Shown here piece by piece: positions 62,439 through 64,000 of a stretch of DNA of 64,000 nucleotides (position 1 is its first letter; each line of letters opens with the position of its first letter). Under the pieces are notes generated by a model. That model saw only the letters and a list, made by a program, of their open reading frames with translations. It ran no database searches and was not told the DNA's origin. This DNA is from Octopus vulgaris (lineage: Eukaryota), in the NCBI GenBank assembly GCA_951406725.2, contig OX597837.1, positions 17,484,001-17,548,000 of the forward strand. The letters run 5' to 3'. The translations under genes and the position numbers were made by a program.

Positions 62439-64000
62439 TGTTATGCGTGTAGTTTGGGTTCTATTGGGAAAGACAACCAGTTGAAAACCATTATTATGTT
62501 TATCGTGTTTATTGACGTTACTTATATGGATGACCCATTGCAGTGTAGTGATACATTGTTTACTTTACACACAGTTTGTACTATTCACTACAAAATAGTG
62601 CCAAGAATAGGGAGTGGTTTGGCACTCGCAAACACACAGATATGAATGTGTAACATCCCTTCTTCTTGAAAAAAAAATAAAAGGGGTCTCTTGGCAGTGA
62701 AGACAACTATGAGTAGTCTCCCTTGCACTTTGGATTGTCATCATTTTCTTTTATTTTTTCTTTAGCGGTATCGAACCGGTGGCAGAATGTTCTTTCTCCA
62801 TCTGGTGGATCTTCTGCTTCGCACCGGTGTCTGAGGTGTGTTGTTGGGCTGCTGATATGTGGTTGGTGCCTGTTGGGGTGATGATTCTGTGGGTGTTGTC
62901 ACCAATGCAGCAGGTGTTGTACACGTTTTCCTCGACAGTTCTGGTGTTGAGCGGATGTGGGCCCTGTTGCGTCTCAGCTGCCTACCAGATTCTGTTTCTA
63001 TTATATACGATCTTGGAGTTTCAGCTCTACTGACAACCTTTGCTGGGATCCATGTTTTAGTTATGGGATCTTGAGTATGCACATGTTGTCCTCCAAGCAT
63101 CTCAGGTAAATATTGTGCATGTTTGTCGTAATGCCTCTGTGCTTGTTCTTGAGTGGCTGCTAGCTTTGCCCTTGTTTTTTCCTGGTCAATTGGAGGTTGG
63201 ATCTTAGTTGGCAGGGTAGTTTTATACTTCCTGCCATTCAGCAATTCTGCTGGGGATTTCATATTAGCTCTCAGTGGAGTCGCTCGTAGGGACATAAGTG
63301 CCAGGTGTGGGTCTTCCCTAGTCTTCCGGCATTTGACTAGTGTTCTCTTCATTGTCTGCACCTGTCTTTCTATAAACCCATGACCTTTGGGGCAGTGTGG
63401 AGATGAAGTTGCAATATTGAACCCATACTTATTGGCTAGCTTTCTGAATTCTTGTGATGTGAACTGGGTTCTCTTGTCACATATGATCTGCTCTGGTATT
63501 CCTTGCTCTGCTAGGAGTCCTCGGGCCACTGTAGTGATTGTTTTGGCTGTCAGGTCTTTCACTTTTCTCACAAATGGAAATTTGGAGTAGTAGCACAACA
63601 ATATTATTAAATACCATTCTTGGCCTTCTGTGAATAGATCTACTCCAATAGTTTGCCATGGCCTTCTTGGGATGTCACCAGATATCATTTCCTCCTTTTG
63701 TTGTGAGGTTTTGTACTTTTCTATGTTTTTCTTTTGTTGTGAGGTTTTGTACTTTTCTATGTCTTTGTACATGCTCTTATTGGTTGTCACATTTACAATG
63801 TGGTGGACCTTTCTGCTTAGTCCTTCCATCTCCTTTTTGTTTGTGATTGGTGGTCGGTTTTTGATAGGCATATCACTTACTATCCTGCTTGGAGCTGCTT
63901 TCACTTCAGTATTGACCGACACAATATTTAACTTCCTGCAGGTATCGAGTCCAAGAATTGCTGGGCCTTCTGTTCTTGTGACATAAAATGTACACTCGAT
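62439..64000 (-). mobile_element. Ty3/Gypsy 3' half (integrase, PPT and 3' LTR 62439-62655); continues beyond the window
   Basis: PPT AAGAAGAAGGGA then TGTTA...TAACA with an internal AATAAA. Confidence 0.85.
62762..63922 (-). CDS. retrotransposon integrase (rve) frame
   Basis: PWQTIGVDLF, YYSKFP, GIPEQIICD..QFTS, GFIERQVQT, SPAELL, PRSY, RRNR. Confidence 0.85.
   Translation of the reverse strand: MSVNTEVKAAPSRIVSDMPIKNRPPITNKKEMEGLSRKVHHIVNVTTNKSMYKDIEKYKTSQQKKNIEKYKTSQQKEEMISGDIPRRPWQTIGVDLFTEGQEWYLIILLCYYSKFPFVRKVKDLTAKTITTVARGLLAEQGIPEQIICDKRTQFTSQEFRKLANKYGFNIATSSPHCPKGHGFIERQVQTMKRTLVKCRKTREDPHLALMSLRATPLRANMKSPAELLNGRKYKTTLPTKIQPPIDQEKTRAKLAATQEQAQRHYDKHAQYLPEMLGGQHVHTQDPITKTWIPAKVVSRAETPRSYIIETESGRQLRRNRAHIRSTPELSRKTCTTPAALVTTPTESSPQQAPTTYQQPNNTPQTPVRSRRSTRWRKNILPPVRYR

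Overview
AT-rich, repeat-saturated animal genomic DNA with no host gene exon that I can support. The SINE set, (TA)n density and Dong/Penelope load suggest a cephalopod, probably Octopus (inference). The window is a nested stack of transposons. It holds four decayed Ty3/Gypsy elements plus a 3' fragment and solo LTRs, a cluster of R4/Dong LINEs sitting in (TAA)n, an L1/Tx1 fragment, a CR1-type LINE with a 521-codon open RT frame, Naiad- and Neptune-type Penelope-like elements (PLEs), mariner and maT remnants, Helitron-like elements and many SINEs. The main hidden signal is RNA structure. About 14 minimal type-I hammerhead ribozyme (HHR) motifs, from roughly eight unrelated sequence contexts, can be read by eye, most with a palindromic stem III. 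They lie in ORF-less tandem arrays (retrozyme-like, 340-390 bp and 567 bp units), in inverted PLE pseudo-LTRs, and in one repeat that also carries Pol III B-box motifs. A second oddity is a TIR element with an 8-bp TSD that carries a (CCCTAA)n-core-(TTAGGG)n palindrome. All assignments come from visual motif reading; no searches or folding were run, and boundaries are approximate.
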